Assembly: GCA_963789955.1 (NCBI GenBank)
Contig: CAWBMV010000015.1
Location: 252,900 to 316,899, forward strand
DNA: 64,000 nucleotides
From: an uncultured Candidatus Rokubacteria bacterium
GTDB lineage: Bacteria; Methylomirabilota; Methylomirabilia; Rokubacteriales; CSP1-6
Direction of reading: 5' to 3'
Shown: piece after piece, positions 51,021 through 60,531 of the stretch
How positions within the stretch are numbered: the first letter of the stretch is position 1
Layout: every line of letters begins with the position of its first letter
The notes under the pieces: model-generated
Database searches by the model: none
Told to the model about the DNA's origin: nothing
Seen by the model: only the letters and a program-made list of their open reading frames with translations
Position numbers and translations under genes: made by a program

Positions 51021-52439
51021 TCAGGCGACGGCGCCGGCGATCGGCGGGGTCGGGCCGCGGCGGGGCAGGAACCGGCCGTATCCCGGCTTCTGCTCGAGCT
51101 CTCCTGACGGGTTGAGCATCACCTGGCCGCGCACGAGCGTCATCCACGCGCGGCCGCGCATCTTCCAGTCCTCGTAGGGCGTGAAGCCCGCGATCCCCAG
51201 ATGCTGCGACTGCTGGATCTTCCACTCGGGTGTCGGATCCCAGATCGTCAGGTCGGCATCGGCGCCGGGCCGGATCACGCCCTTCTGCGGCCAGAGCCCG
51301 AAGACCCGCGCGGGATTCTCGGCCATCACGCGCGCCAGCCACGTCGGCGGAAGCCCCCGCTTCACGACGCCTTCGTTCCAGGCCAGGGGCGCGAGCGTTT
51401 CGAGCGACGGCGCGCCGAACGGGATCGGCTTGCCCTGCGCGTCGACGAAGATGTTCGTCCGGCCCGGCTCCTTCGCCGCCGGCACGCGCGGCGAATGATC
51501 GCTCGCGAGATTGGCGATGAATCCCTGTGCCGACCCTTCCCAGAGCGCCGCGCGGTCCGGTCCGTCGGCCGGGCGGAGCGGCGGGCCGATCTTGGCGAAC
51601 GGGCCGAGACGCTCCATCTCCTTGTCGGTCAGGAGCAGGTACTGGGGACAGGTCTCGCACCAGACGCGCTGGCCCTCGGCCTGAGCGCGCTTGATGCGCT
51701 CGAGGCCGAGCCGCGTCGACAGATGCACGACGTAGACGGGGCAGCCGGTCAGCCGTCCGATCAGGATGGCGCGGTTGATCGCCTCTTCTTCCGTCCAGTC
51801 CGGACAGGTCGCCGGGAAATCGGTCGGCTTGGTGCGGCCCTCGGTGATCGCCTTGTCCTCGAGGTAGCAGAGCACGTCGCCGTTCTCGCAGTGCAGCTGG
51901 CAGAGGCCGCCGAGCTCCGCGAGCTTCTCCATCGTCTGGGCGATGAACTGGTCGGACACCATCCGGTTGCCGCGCTTCTTGTAGGTCATGAAGAGCTTGA
52001 TCGACGAGACGCCCATGCGGAACGCTTCGGGGATGCCCTCGAGGATGTACGGCTCGTGGTTGAGGATGAAGTGGAAGCCGAAGTCCAGGACGGACAGCGA
52101 TTCAGCCTCCTCACGTAGCCGCGCGGTCGCCTTGGGCAAGGTCTCGCCCGGCTCGTAGGTGACGAACGGCAGGAGCGTCGTCAGCCCCGTGCGCGCCGCG
52201 GCGAGCGGCGCCGTGCGCCAGTCGTCGTATTCCGGGCCGATGTGCAGGTGGCAGTCGATGAGCCCGGGCAGCACCAGCTTGCCGGAGGCGTCGATCACGC
52301 GGTCGGCTTTCGGCAGGAGCGAATCGGGACCGATCGCGACGATCTTGTCGCCACGGATCGCCACCGCCGCCTCGACGATATCCGTGCTGGTGACGACGCG
52401 ACCCCCGCGAACGACGACGTCGACGCCGGAGGCGCTCAT
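51021..52439 (-). CDS. Hydantoinase/dihydropyrimidinase-like amidohydrolase
   Basis: DCHLH, IKLFMTY, LHCENG, VVHLS, ETCPQYL, PPLR, SDHSP. Confidence 0.9.
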   Translation of the reverse strand: MSASGVDVVVRGGRVVTSTDIVEAAVAIRGDKIVAIGPDSLLPKADRVIDASGKLVLPGLIDCHLHIGPEYDDWRTAPLAAARTGLTTLLPFVTYEPGETLPKATARLREEAESLSVLDFGFHFILNHEPYILEGIPEAFRMGVSSIKLFMTYKKRGNRMVSDQFIAQTMEKLAELGGLCQLHCENGDVLCYLEDKAITEGRTKPTDFPATCPDWTEEEAINRAILIGRLTGCPVYVVHLSTRLGLERIKRAQAEGQRVWCETCPQYLLLTDKEMERLGPFAKIGPPLRPADGPDRAALWEGSAQGFIANLASDHSPRVPAAKEPGRTNIFVDAQGKPIPFGAPSLETLAPLAWNEGVVKRGLPPTWLARVMAENPARVFGLWPQKGVIRPGADADLTIWDPTPEWKIQQSQHLGIAGFTPYEDWKMRGRAWMTLVRGQVMLNPSGELEQKPGYGRFLPRRGPTPPIAGAVA

Positions 52440-53320
52440 CGATGCGGCTCCTTCTCGGTCACGGGTTTGAGCATCTCGCCGTAGTGCTGCGGCTGTCGGC
52501 GTCCGAGGAAGTTCCAGCGCTTGCGGAGCGGCGCCATCTGGTCGAAGTCGATCCGCGCCACGATGAGCTCGTCGCCCCGCGTCGCCGCCTTCGCGAGCAC
52601 CTGACCCTGGGGATCGATGATGCACGAGCCGGCGATCAGCTCGACGCCGTCCTCGATGCCGGCCTTGGCGACGCCGACCACGAAGCAGAGGTTCGCGTAG
52701 GCGCCGGCGCGCATGCAGAGCTCGTTGAGGTCGAGCGCCAGCGCCGAGATGGGCGTGTTGTAGCCGATCAGGATGATCTCGGCGCCCTGCAGGGCGAGCG
52801 CGCGATAGCTCTCCGGATAGCGGCGATCCTGGCAGATCGCGACGCCGACCTTCGCGCCGACCGCGTCGAACACGCGATAGCCCGTGTCGCCGTGGGCGAA
52901 GTAGTAGGGCTCGTAGACCTGCGCGAAGCCGTCGGCCGCCTTCGTGCCGGGCAGGTGGATCTTGCGGAACGTGCCGCAGAGGCGCCCGTCGCGATCGGTG
53001 AGGAGCGCGGTGTTGAAGTACTTGCCGTCCGCCTTCTCGCAGAAGCCCACGTGCACGGCGACGCGCGCGGCGGCGGCGCGCCGCAGCAGCGGCTCGAGCG
53101 CCTTCGGCGGCACCTCGGTCTCGAAGAACTGGTCGAAGTCGGCGCGGATCCGCTTGGGAAAGTAGGTCGTCAGCGCCATTTCCGGATACACGATGAGCTC
53201 GACGCCATCGCGCGCGGCCGCTTCGAGAAGGGCCAGCATCCGATCGACGATCGCCTCACGCGGTGTGCCGTCCTGGTTGGGACCCATCTGAGCGGCGGCG
53301 ACCTTCAGATAGCGGGGCAT
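52436..53320 (-). CDS. N-carbamoyl-D-amino acid hydrolase-like nitrilase-family enzyme
   Basis: PEMALTTYFP, RKIHLPG, ICQDRRYPE, GYNTP, AKAG.E. Confidence 0.85.
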   Translation of the reverse strand: MPRYLKVAAAQMGPNQDGTPREAIVDRMLALLEAAARDGVELIVYPEMALTTYFPKRIRADFDQFFETEVPPKALEPLLRRAAAARVAVHVGFCEKADGKYFNTALLTDRDGRLCGTFRKIHLPGTKAADGFAQVYEPYYFAHGDTGYRVFDAVGAKVGVAICQDRRYPESYRALALQGAEIILIGYNTPISALALDLNELCMRAGAYANLCFVVGVAKAGIEDGVELIAGSCIIDPQGQVLAKAATRGDELIVARIDFDQMAPLRKRWNFLGRRQPQHYGEMLKPVTEKEPHR

Positions 53321-53550
53321 CGCGATCCTCCTCTGGTGCGATCAAGCCGTCATTCTACCGGAGCGCGGATCGGAACGTGCGATCACATGTAGGCGGTTGC
53401 ACCGAAATGTGCAGGCGCTTTCACCATCGACGCGAAATCGCGGAGGCTGCGCCGCATCGCCCGCGGGTGTCGGCCGAGAAACCGACGAAAGATCGTGGAC
53501 CTCGCGAGCGCGCCTCACCGGCGCGCGCCGTTCGCTCGACGCGAAGTCCG

Positions 53551-53565
53551 TGGCACACATCTTGC
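53551..53565 (+). promoter_or_regulatory. sigma54 -24/-12 promoter
   Basis: TGGCACACATCTTGC matches TGGCAC-N5-TTGC. Confidence 0.75.
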
Positions 53566-53606
53566 CCCTCGCGCAGGCGGATACGAGTTCCTCAAGAGGA
53601 GGCCGA

Positions 53607-54065
53607 ATGAAAATCTGGCGCGGGTGGCTCCCGGTTCTGACTGCGGCAAGCGTCCTGGTGACGCTGGTGCACGCCGATGCGGCGCATCTCAAGGAGAGTG
53701 CGCGGAAGCACAAGATCCTCTACCAGCTCGACGACGCGGGTGTCGACAAGGCGAAGTTCGTCCTGGGCAATATCCGCAACCACGTTTCCGGAGTCGGCGG
53801 CTGGCAGAACATCGAAGCCCTCGAGCTCGTGGTCTTCGGCCCGGCGCTGAAGTCTTTTGTCCAGGGCTCGATGGATCCGGCGCTGATGCAGATGCTGGAT
53901 GCGCTGCAGCTGCAAGGCATGACGTTCGGCGCATGCGGGAACACGATGAAGAATTTCAGCATCACGGCGGAGCAGCTGCCGCCCAAGTCTCTGATTCTGC
54001 CGCAGGGCGGAGTCGTCCGGATCATGGAGCTCCAGGAGCAGGGCTACATCTATATGCGGCCGTGA
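53607..54065 (+). CDS. DsrE/DsrF-like exported protein
   Basis: Signal peptide, LGNIRNH, VVFGPAL, FGACGNTM, GVV.IMELQEQGY.YMRP. Confidence 0.85.
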   Translation: MKIWRGWLPVLTAASVLVTLVHADAAHLKESARKHKILYQLDDAGVDKAKFVLGNIRNHVSGVGGWQNIEALELVVFGPALKSFVQGSMDPALMQMLDALQLQGMTFGACGNTMKNFSITAEQLPPKSLILPQGGVVRIMELQEQGYIYMRP

Positions 54066-54088
54066 CCGACATCATTGGAGGACCGACG

Positions 54089-54934
54089 ATGCGTAGAGCG
54101 CTACGGGCGATTTCGATCGTGTGCGTCGCGATCTGGTCGGCGGCTCCGGCCGCCGTGCTCGCTCATCCACACGGAGACGAGCCGATCACCTTCGGCATCG
54201 CGCCGCAGCAGGAGCCGGAGAAGGTCCGCGAGATGTGGCAGCCCTTCTTCCGCTATCTCGAGCGGGAGGTGGGCCACCGGTTCGCCTTCGAGACCGCGCC
54301 GTCGATCGAGGAGTTTCAGCAGCGTGTCCTCGAAGGGCGCTACGACATCTGGTGGGGTAACCCGCTGACGTACATCCAGGCGAGCAAGCGGCTCGGCTAC
54401 GTGGCGATCGCGCGCGACACGACCCGGATCGCCGGTCTGCTGGTCGTGCTCAAAGAGGACGGGGTCAAGTCGCCGAAGGAGCTGGCCGGCAAGAAGATCG
54501 CCTACTCGGCGCCCGATGCCATCGGGGGAACGCTGCTCGTGCAGAACTATCTGGCCCGCGTCGGAGTCGCGCCGGACCAGGTCGAGACCCTCTACACGGG
54601 CTCACACCAATCGGCCTACCGCGCGGTTCTCGACGGCAAGGCGGCGGCCGCCGGCGGTGTCCCGCGGAGCTTCAACGCGCTCGATCCGGCCCAGCGCGAG
54701 AAATTGGTCGTGCTCGCGCGCACCGAAGAAGTCGCGCCGCAGCCGTTCGCGGTTCATCCGCGGCTGTATCGGAGCTACGTCACGAAGATCCAGCGGGCGC
54801 TCCTGAAGCTCAACTGGGCTCCGGAGGGCAAGGAGATCCTCACGTCGATTCAGTACAAGGAGATCGTCGTCTCCAACGATTTCGACTACGACATCCACCG
54901 CGACGTCGCGCAGCGGCTGAAGATTCCCTATTGA
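54089..54934 (+). CDS. PhnD-like periplasmic binding protein (no adjacent transporter)
   Basis: FGIAPQ, W.P...YL, NPLTY, L.GKKIAY, GSH...AVL.G. Confidence 0.85.
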   Translation: MRRALRAISIVCVAIWSAAPAAVLAHPHGDEPITFGIAPQQEPEKVREMWQPFFRYLEREVGHRFAFETAPSIEEFQQRVLEGRYDIWWGNPLTYIQASKRLGYVAIARDTTRIAGLLVVLKEDGVKSPKELAGKKIAYSAPDAIGGTLLVQNYLARVGVAPDQVETLYTGSHQSAYRAVLDGKAAAAGGVPRSFNALDPAQREKLVVLARTEEVAPQPFAVHPRLYRSYVTKIQRALLKLNWAPEGKEILTSIQYKEIVVSNDFDYDIHRDVAQRLKIPY

Positions 54935-54991
54935 GTCGCCGTCGGGGATGGGAGCCAACGCGGTCGCCCAGGGGCTCTCATGGAGGGTGAC

Positions 54992-57095
54992 GTGAGCGCG
55001 CACGCTCGTGTCGGACAGCGGGTTCGGCAATCGCTACCGCATCGTGCGCGAGCTGGGATCCGGCGCCTTCGGGACCGTCTGTCTCGCCGAAGACGAGACG
55101 ACCGCCCAGCGAGTCGCGATTCGATTCCTGCCGCGCGAGCTCGCCGCGAAGCCGAATGTCGTCAGGGCGGTCCAGGGCCGGGCCGGCCGATCACGACCGG
55201 GGCGTCGGCCCACCCGGGACTGGTCCGCGTTCTGGAATTCGGGGAAGCCGAGCCCGGCGAGCCCTTCGCCGTCATGGAGCTCGTCGAGGGCCGGCGCCTG
55301 AGCGACATCATGTCCGAGGGCAAGACGCTCGACCTCGCCACCGCGCGACGCTGGGCGCTCGACCTCGGCGCCTCCGTCGAGGCGATCCACAACATGGGGC
55401 TCGTCCACGGCGGCCTCCGTCCCCGCAACGTGATGATCCTCGCGGACGGCTACGTGAAGCTGATGGACGTCGAGCTGATCGGCTTGCTGGAGGGACCCAC
55501 GCCGCAGAGCGTGCTCGACGCGAGCCCGGCGGAGTATCTCGCGCCCGAGCAGATCCGTCGAGAGCCGGTCACCGAGAAGACAAACGTCTATGCGCTCGGA
55601 TCGATCATCTACGAAATGTTCTCTGGAGCGCCGCCGTTCCGCGCGCGCGAACCGGGACGGCGTCATCGCCAAGCAGCTCACCGCGCCGCCGCCTCCCGTG
55701 GGCCGACGGCGCGCCGTGCCGCCTTCGACCGAGCGCATCGTCATGCAGGCGCTGGAGAAGGATCCCGAGCTCAGGCCCTGGGTGCCCGAGATGCTCAATG
55801 GTCTCTGGGGGGAGACGAAGGCTCCGGCGATCCGCGATTGGAAGCGCCCCGCCATGATCAGGGGTGGCGTCGCGTTCGCTGCCGCCTTGCTCGCCGTCTT
55901 CGGGGCGTGGACGCTGCTCGGATCGCGGTCGTCGGCTCGCGCCACCGCGCCGCGAGCGGAGCAGGCGGCGGCCGGCACGCCGCGGAGCACGGGCTCGCCG
56001 GTGAGTGCGGCGCCGGCATCGGCGCGCGTGGATCCATGGTCCGGCCGCCGGCGCCGGTCACGGTGTCCTCGCCCGCGCCGACGATCGCCACGTCCGCGCC
56101 AGAGCCGCCGGCCGCGAAGGTGCCGTCGGAGACGGCGAAGGCGCTGCCACCGACTGCGCCGACTCCGGCCAAAGCGGTCGCGATCTCGTCCGCGAGTCCC
56201 GGTTCGGCATCGGCCGTCGAGGTGCAGCCGCACCGGCGAACATATCGGGTGGGCTGGCTGGACTCGGGCCGCGCCACGGCTCCCTATCAGGAGCTCGTCA
56301 AACAGGCCCTCGTCGGGTATCCGCGCGACGTCGCGTTCGAGTACCGATCGGCCGACGGACAAACCGCTCGGCTCCAGGAATTCGCGGCCGAGCTCGCGCA
56401 GCTCAAGGTCGATCTCGTGCTCGCTGTCGGAAACCCCGCGATCCGGGCGGCCAAGCAGGCGACGAGCACGATCCCGATCGTCATGGTCGGCTCGGACGCG
56501 GCGAGCGACGAATCCAGCGCGAACGTCACGGGCGTCACCTATTCGACGGCGGAGTTGGCCCGCAGCTGGCTGAGCCTCCTGAAGGAGATCCGCGCGCCGC
56601 TCGGGCGCGTCGCCGTCGTGTACGGCGCCGACCCCGCGAGTCGCGCGGATCTTATGAGCCTGCAGACCGCGGCTGCGAGTGCGGGAGTGAAGATCCAGTT
56701 GTCCGCAATTCAGGACGGAGACGTCCCGGGCGGCTTGTTCGCGGCGCCGACCGGCCGAGCGGCCGGAGGCGATCATCGTTCCGGGAGGTCAGCCGGCCCT
56801 GGTGCAGCTCCCACGGATCGTCGATCTCGTGGGCCGGGCCCGGGTGCCGGCGATCTACGGCTCCAGCGAGTTCGTGGAGGCCGGCGGACTGCTCGCGTAC
56901 GGGCCGAGCACCTCCGCGATGTACCGCCGCGCCGGCTCCTATATCGGCAAGATCCTCGGCCCCACGAATCCGCGCGACCTGCCCATAGAACATCCGTCCC
57001 GGTTCGAGCTCGTCGTCAATCTCAAGACGGCGCGGGCGCTGGGGCTCACGCTGCCGCAATCGCTGGTTCTTCGAGCCGACCGCGTCCTGCAGTGA
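54992..57095 (+). CDS. Hanks-type pseudokinase - TM - Pro-rich linker - ABC_sub_bind domain, reconstructed across about 5 frameshifts
   Basis: RYRIVRELGSGAFGTV, VAIR, HGGLRPRN, DVE, YLAPEQ, PPF, LEKDP..R; TM GGVAFAAALLAVFGAW; ATSTIPIV, GGLLAYGP, FELVVNLKTARALGLT.P. Confidence 0.72.
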
Positions 57096-57109
57096 GGCGC
57101 TGGCGCTCG

Positions 57110-57802
57110 CTACTCCGCCGCCAGGCGATAGCCGACACCCGGCTCGGTCAGCAGATATCGCGGACGAGCCGGCTCGGCTTCGAGCTTGTGGCGCAGGTGA
57201 GCCATGTAGACGCGGACGTAGTGGGCCTGCTCCGTGTGCGACGGCCCCCAGACCTCGCGAAGCAGCTGCTGATGCGTGACGACCTTTCCCGCATGATGAA
57301 CCAGTGTCGTCAGGAGCTTGTACTCGATGGGCGTCAGGCGGACTTGCTTCTCGCCGACCAGCACCTGGCGGTGCAGGAGATCGACGCGGAGCTCTCCGAC
57401 CTTGAAGACGGCGTCGTCCCCCTCGTGCGACGCGCCAGCCGTGTGTCGAAGCGCCACGCGGATTCGCGCCAGCAATTCGCCCGCGCTGAACGGCTTGCTC
57501 ACGTAGTCGTCGGCGCCCGCGTCGAGCGCCGCGACTTTGTCGCGTTCCTGGCCACGGGCCGAGAGCACGATGATCGGGACACTGGACCACTCGCGGACCC
57601 GGCGGATGACGTCGATGCCGTCCATGTCGGGTAACCCGAGGTCGACGATGACGACGTCGGGCTGCCGTGAGCCCACCTCCACAACGCCGTCGGTGCCCGT
57701 GCTCGCCTCGAAGAGCCGATAGCCCTGGCCGGCCAGCGTGGCCCGCAAGAAGCGCCGGATCGGCGGCTCGTCCTCGATGAGGACGACGACAGGCTCAGGC
57801 AT
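57110..57802 (-). CDS. kdpE: Response regulator KdpE
   Basis: DLGLPDMDG, ALDAGADDY..KPF, LRHKLE..PARPRYLLTEPGVGYR. Confidence 0.95.
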   Translation of the reverse strand: MPEPVVVLIEDEPPIRRFLRATLAGQGYRLFEASTGTDGVVEVGSRQPDVVIVDLGLPDMDGIDVIRRVREWSSVPIIVLSARGQERDKVAALDAGADDYVSKPFSAGELLARIRVALRHTAGASHEGDDAVFKVGELRVDLLHRQVLVGEKQVRLTPIEYKLLTTLVHHAGKVVTHQQLLREVWGPSHTEQAHYVRVYMAHLRHKLEAEPARPRYLLTEPGVGYRLAAE

Positions 57803-60479
57803 CGGCGGGCACCGCCGCCGGTGGCGTGCCGGCCAACGGGAGCGTGAAGAGGAACGCCACGCCGCCCTCGGGCAGGTTCTGCGCCCAGATGTGCCCACCG
57901 TGGGCCTTGACGATCGCTTGACAGATCGCGAGACCCAGACCGGCCCCTCGGCCTTCAGTGGGCTTGCCCCGATAGAACTTTTCGAACACTTTGTCTTCCT
58001 CGCCGCGCGGCACGCCCGGGCCGCGGTCGGCGATTTCGACGGTGACGGCGACGTCGGTCGCCGTCGCGATGATCCGGATCGGGCTCGCGCGAGGCGTGTA
58101 CTTGATCGCGTTGTCGAGCAGGTTGATCAGCACCTGCTCGATGAGCACGTCGTCGATCGGCACCAGGGGCAGGTCCGGTGGCACATTGGTGTCCACGCGA
58201 CGGTCGGCGAGCTGATTGCCGAGACGGCTCAGGGCGGCGCCGATGACTTCTTCGAGCGGATGCCACTCCGTCCGGAGCTGGAGAGCGCCGGACTCCAAAC
58301 GCGTCATCTCGAGCAGGTTCTGGACGAGCCGGGCGAGCCGATCGGCCTCTTCACGCACCGACTCGAGAAGATCCTGACGCGTCTGGGCGTCGAGCCGGGT
58401 GCCATTCTCCAAGATCGTGCTGGCGGCCCCGGTGATCGTGGCGAGCGGCGTCCGGAGGTCGTGCGAGACCGAGCTGAGCAGGGAATTGCGAAGGCGCTCG
58501 GTCTCGATCCGCACCTCCGCGTGCTGGGCCTCGTCGGCGAGCTGCGCCCGCTCGATGGCCAGGGCCGTCTGGTTGGCGAAGGTCTCGAGCTGATGGAGCT
58601 GGTCCGGCGCGTCGAGCGCGTGCCGGTCGGCGGGACGAACGCCGAGAACGCCGACGGGCCCGCGCGGCGCCTGGAGCGGCAAGTAGAGCGCCGAGGCGCC
58701 CGGGAGGGTGGCGGTGCCCAGACCGGCCGCCTGGTGGTGCTCGTGGACCCATCGTGCGACGCCCAGCTCGTTGGCGTCCAGGGTGAACTGCGCGCCGCTC
58801 CAGGGGGTGAGACTGGTCGACGCGTCGGGCAAGAGCACGACCACCTGGCTGCGAAAGACCTCGCTGATGTGGCGCGCGGCGATCGTCAACAACGGGTCCA
58901 CACCGCGTGTGCTCGCCAGCTCACGGCTCATGGCGTAGAGCGCCGCCGTTCGCTCTTCGCGCTGGCTGGCCGAGACCGCCTGGGCGCGGATACGCGTGGC
59001 AAGCCCGCTGATCACGATCCCCACGAGCAGCATCACCAGGAAGGTGAACAGGTAGCGAACGTCGGAGACCGCGAACGTGAAGACGGGCGGTACGAAGAAA
59101 AAATCGAGGGCGGCGACGCTCAGGACGGAGGCCATCAGCGACGGGCCCCGGCCGTAGCGGGTCGCGACCACGACGATCCCGAGCAGATACACCATGACGA
59201 GATTGGCGAGCTCGAAGAACGGGAGCGTGAGCCAGGCGATGCCGCTGGCGAGGGCCACGACGGTGGTCGCCCAGCCGTAGGCCGGCCAGTCGGTCGGAAT
59301 CGTTCGGCGCCGTACGGGCGCGATGGCGGCGGCGTCCTCACGCTCGCCGCTGATGACATCGATATCGATGTCGCCGCTGCCCCGGACGAGCGCGTCGACG
59401 ATCGAGCCGAGGAGAATGCGCCGCCAGAGCGGACGGCGAGGCTTGCCGACGACGATCTTCGACACGTTGCGAGCGCGTGCGAAGGCGAGGAGCGCTTCGC
59501 TCATCTTCTGTCCGGGCAGCGTGGCGGTCTCGGCGCCGAGCTGTTCAGCCAGGCGCAGGGTCTGGGTGACGCGATCGCGGACCTCGGCCGGGAGCCGGAG
59601 CTGCGCCGGTGTTTCGACGTAGGCGGCGATCCACGGAGCGCCGAGCCGATCCGCCATCCGCTTGGCGGCCCGGATGAGCCTGGCCGACTCCGGCCCGGGG
59701 CTGACGCACACCAGGAGTCGCTCGGCGGTGGGCCAGACCTTCCCGATCGCGTGCTCGTGCATGTAGACACGCATCTGCGCGTCCACCCGCTCGGCGGTCC
59801 GACGCAGCGCGAGCTCACGCAGCGCGATCAGGTTGCCCTTGCGGAAGAAGTTCCGGACAGCCTCCTGGGCCTGGTCCGGCATGTAGACCTTGCCGTCCTT
59901 GAAGCGCTCCAGCAGATCGTCGGGAGGCAAGTCGATCAGCTCGACCTCGTCGGCCTGCTCGAATACCGAATCCGGCACGGTCTCGCGCACCACGACGCCG
60001 GTGATCTTCGCGACGACGTCGTTGAGGCTCTCGAGGTGCTGCACGTTGACGGTCGTGTACACGTTGATGCCGGAGTCGAGGAGCTCGAGCACGTCCTGCC
60101 ACCGCTTGGCGTGGCGGGACCCGGGCGCGTTCGTGTGCGCCAGCTCGTCGACGAGAATCAGGCCGGGTCGGCGGGCGAGCGCTCCGTCGAGATCGAACTC
60201 GCGCAGCGTCGTGCCGCGGTATTCGACGAGCCGCGGTGGAAGGACCTCGAGCCCGCTGAGCAGCGCCTCGGTCTCGGCGCGCCCGTGGGTCTCGACGTAG
60301 CCCACGACGACGTCGACGCCGTCGGCGCGTTGCTCGCGCGCGGCTTCGAGCATGGCGTACGTCTTGCCGACGCCTGCGGCCGCGCCGAAGAACGTCTTGA
60401 GCTTGCCGCGACCCCGACGCGCTTCCTCTTCCTTCACGCGTGCCAAGAGCGCGTCGGGATCGGGCCGCTCCGGGTTCAC
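57795..60479 (-). CDS. kdpD: Sensor histidine kinase KdpD
   Basis: RPDPDALL, G.AAGVGKTYAML, VDELAHTN, Usp domain, 4 TM, GAF, SHDLRTPL. Confidence 0.96.
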   Translation of the reverse strand: MNPERPDPDALLARVKEEEARRGRGKLKTFFGAAAGVGKTYAMLEAAREQRADGVDVVVGYVETHGRAETEALLSGLEVLPPRLVEYRGTTLREFDLDGALARRPGLILVDELAHTNAPGSRHAKRWQDVLELLDSGINVYTTVNVQHLESLNDVVAKITGVVVRETVPDSVFEQADEVELIDLPPDDLLERFKDGKVYMPDQAQEAVRNFFRKGNLIALRELALRRTAERVDAQMRVYMHEHAIGKVWPTAERLLVCVSPGPESARLIRAAKRMADRLGAPWIAAYVETPAQLRLPAEVRDRVTQTLRLAEQLGAETATLPGQKMSEALLAFARARNVSKIVVGKPRRPLWRRILLGSIVDALVRGSGDIDIDVISGEREDAAAIAPVRRRTIPTDWPAYGWATTVVALASGIAWLTLPFFELANLVMVYLLGIVVVATRYGRGPSLMASVLSVAALDFFFVPPVFTFAVSDVRYLFTFLVMLLVGIVISGLATRIRAQAVSASQREERTAALYAMSRELASTRGVDPLLTIAARHISEVFRSQVVVLLPDASTSLTPWSGAQFTLDANELGVARWVHEHHQAAGLGTATLPGASALYLPLQAPRGPVGVLGVRPADRHALDAPDQLHQLETFANQTALAIERAQLADEAQHAEVRIETERLRNSLLSSVSHDLRTPLATITGAASTILENGTRLDAQTRQDLLESVREEADRLARLVQNLLEMTRLESGALQLRTEWHPLEEVIGAALSRLGNQLADRRVDTNVPPDLPLVPIDDVLIEQVLINLLDNAIKYTPRASPIRIIATATDVAVTVEIADRGPGVPRGEEDKVFEKFYRGKPTEGRGAGLGLAICQAIVKAHGGHIWAQNLPEGGVAFLFTLPLAGTPPAAVPADA

Positions 60480-60531
60480 GGCCTTAGTGTAGCTCGTGTC
60501 GCTCCGCCACACGCGATTGCCGGCGACTCTT

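Noticed and set aside
1..57095. Many frameshifted genes as pseudogenes or programmed frameshifts
   Set aside because: Single-base indels are scattered across unrelated genes, often in homopolymers, with motifs intact on both sides; sequencing error is the simplest explanation.
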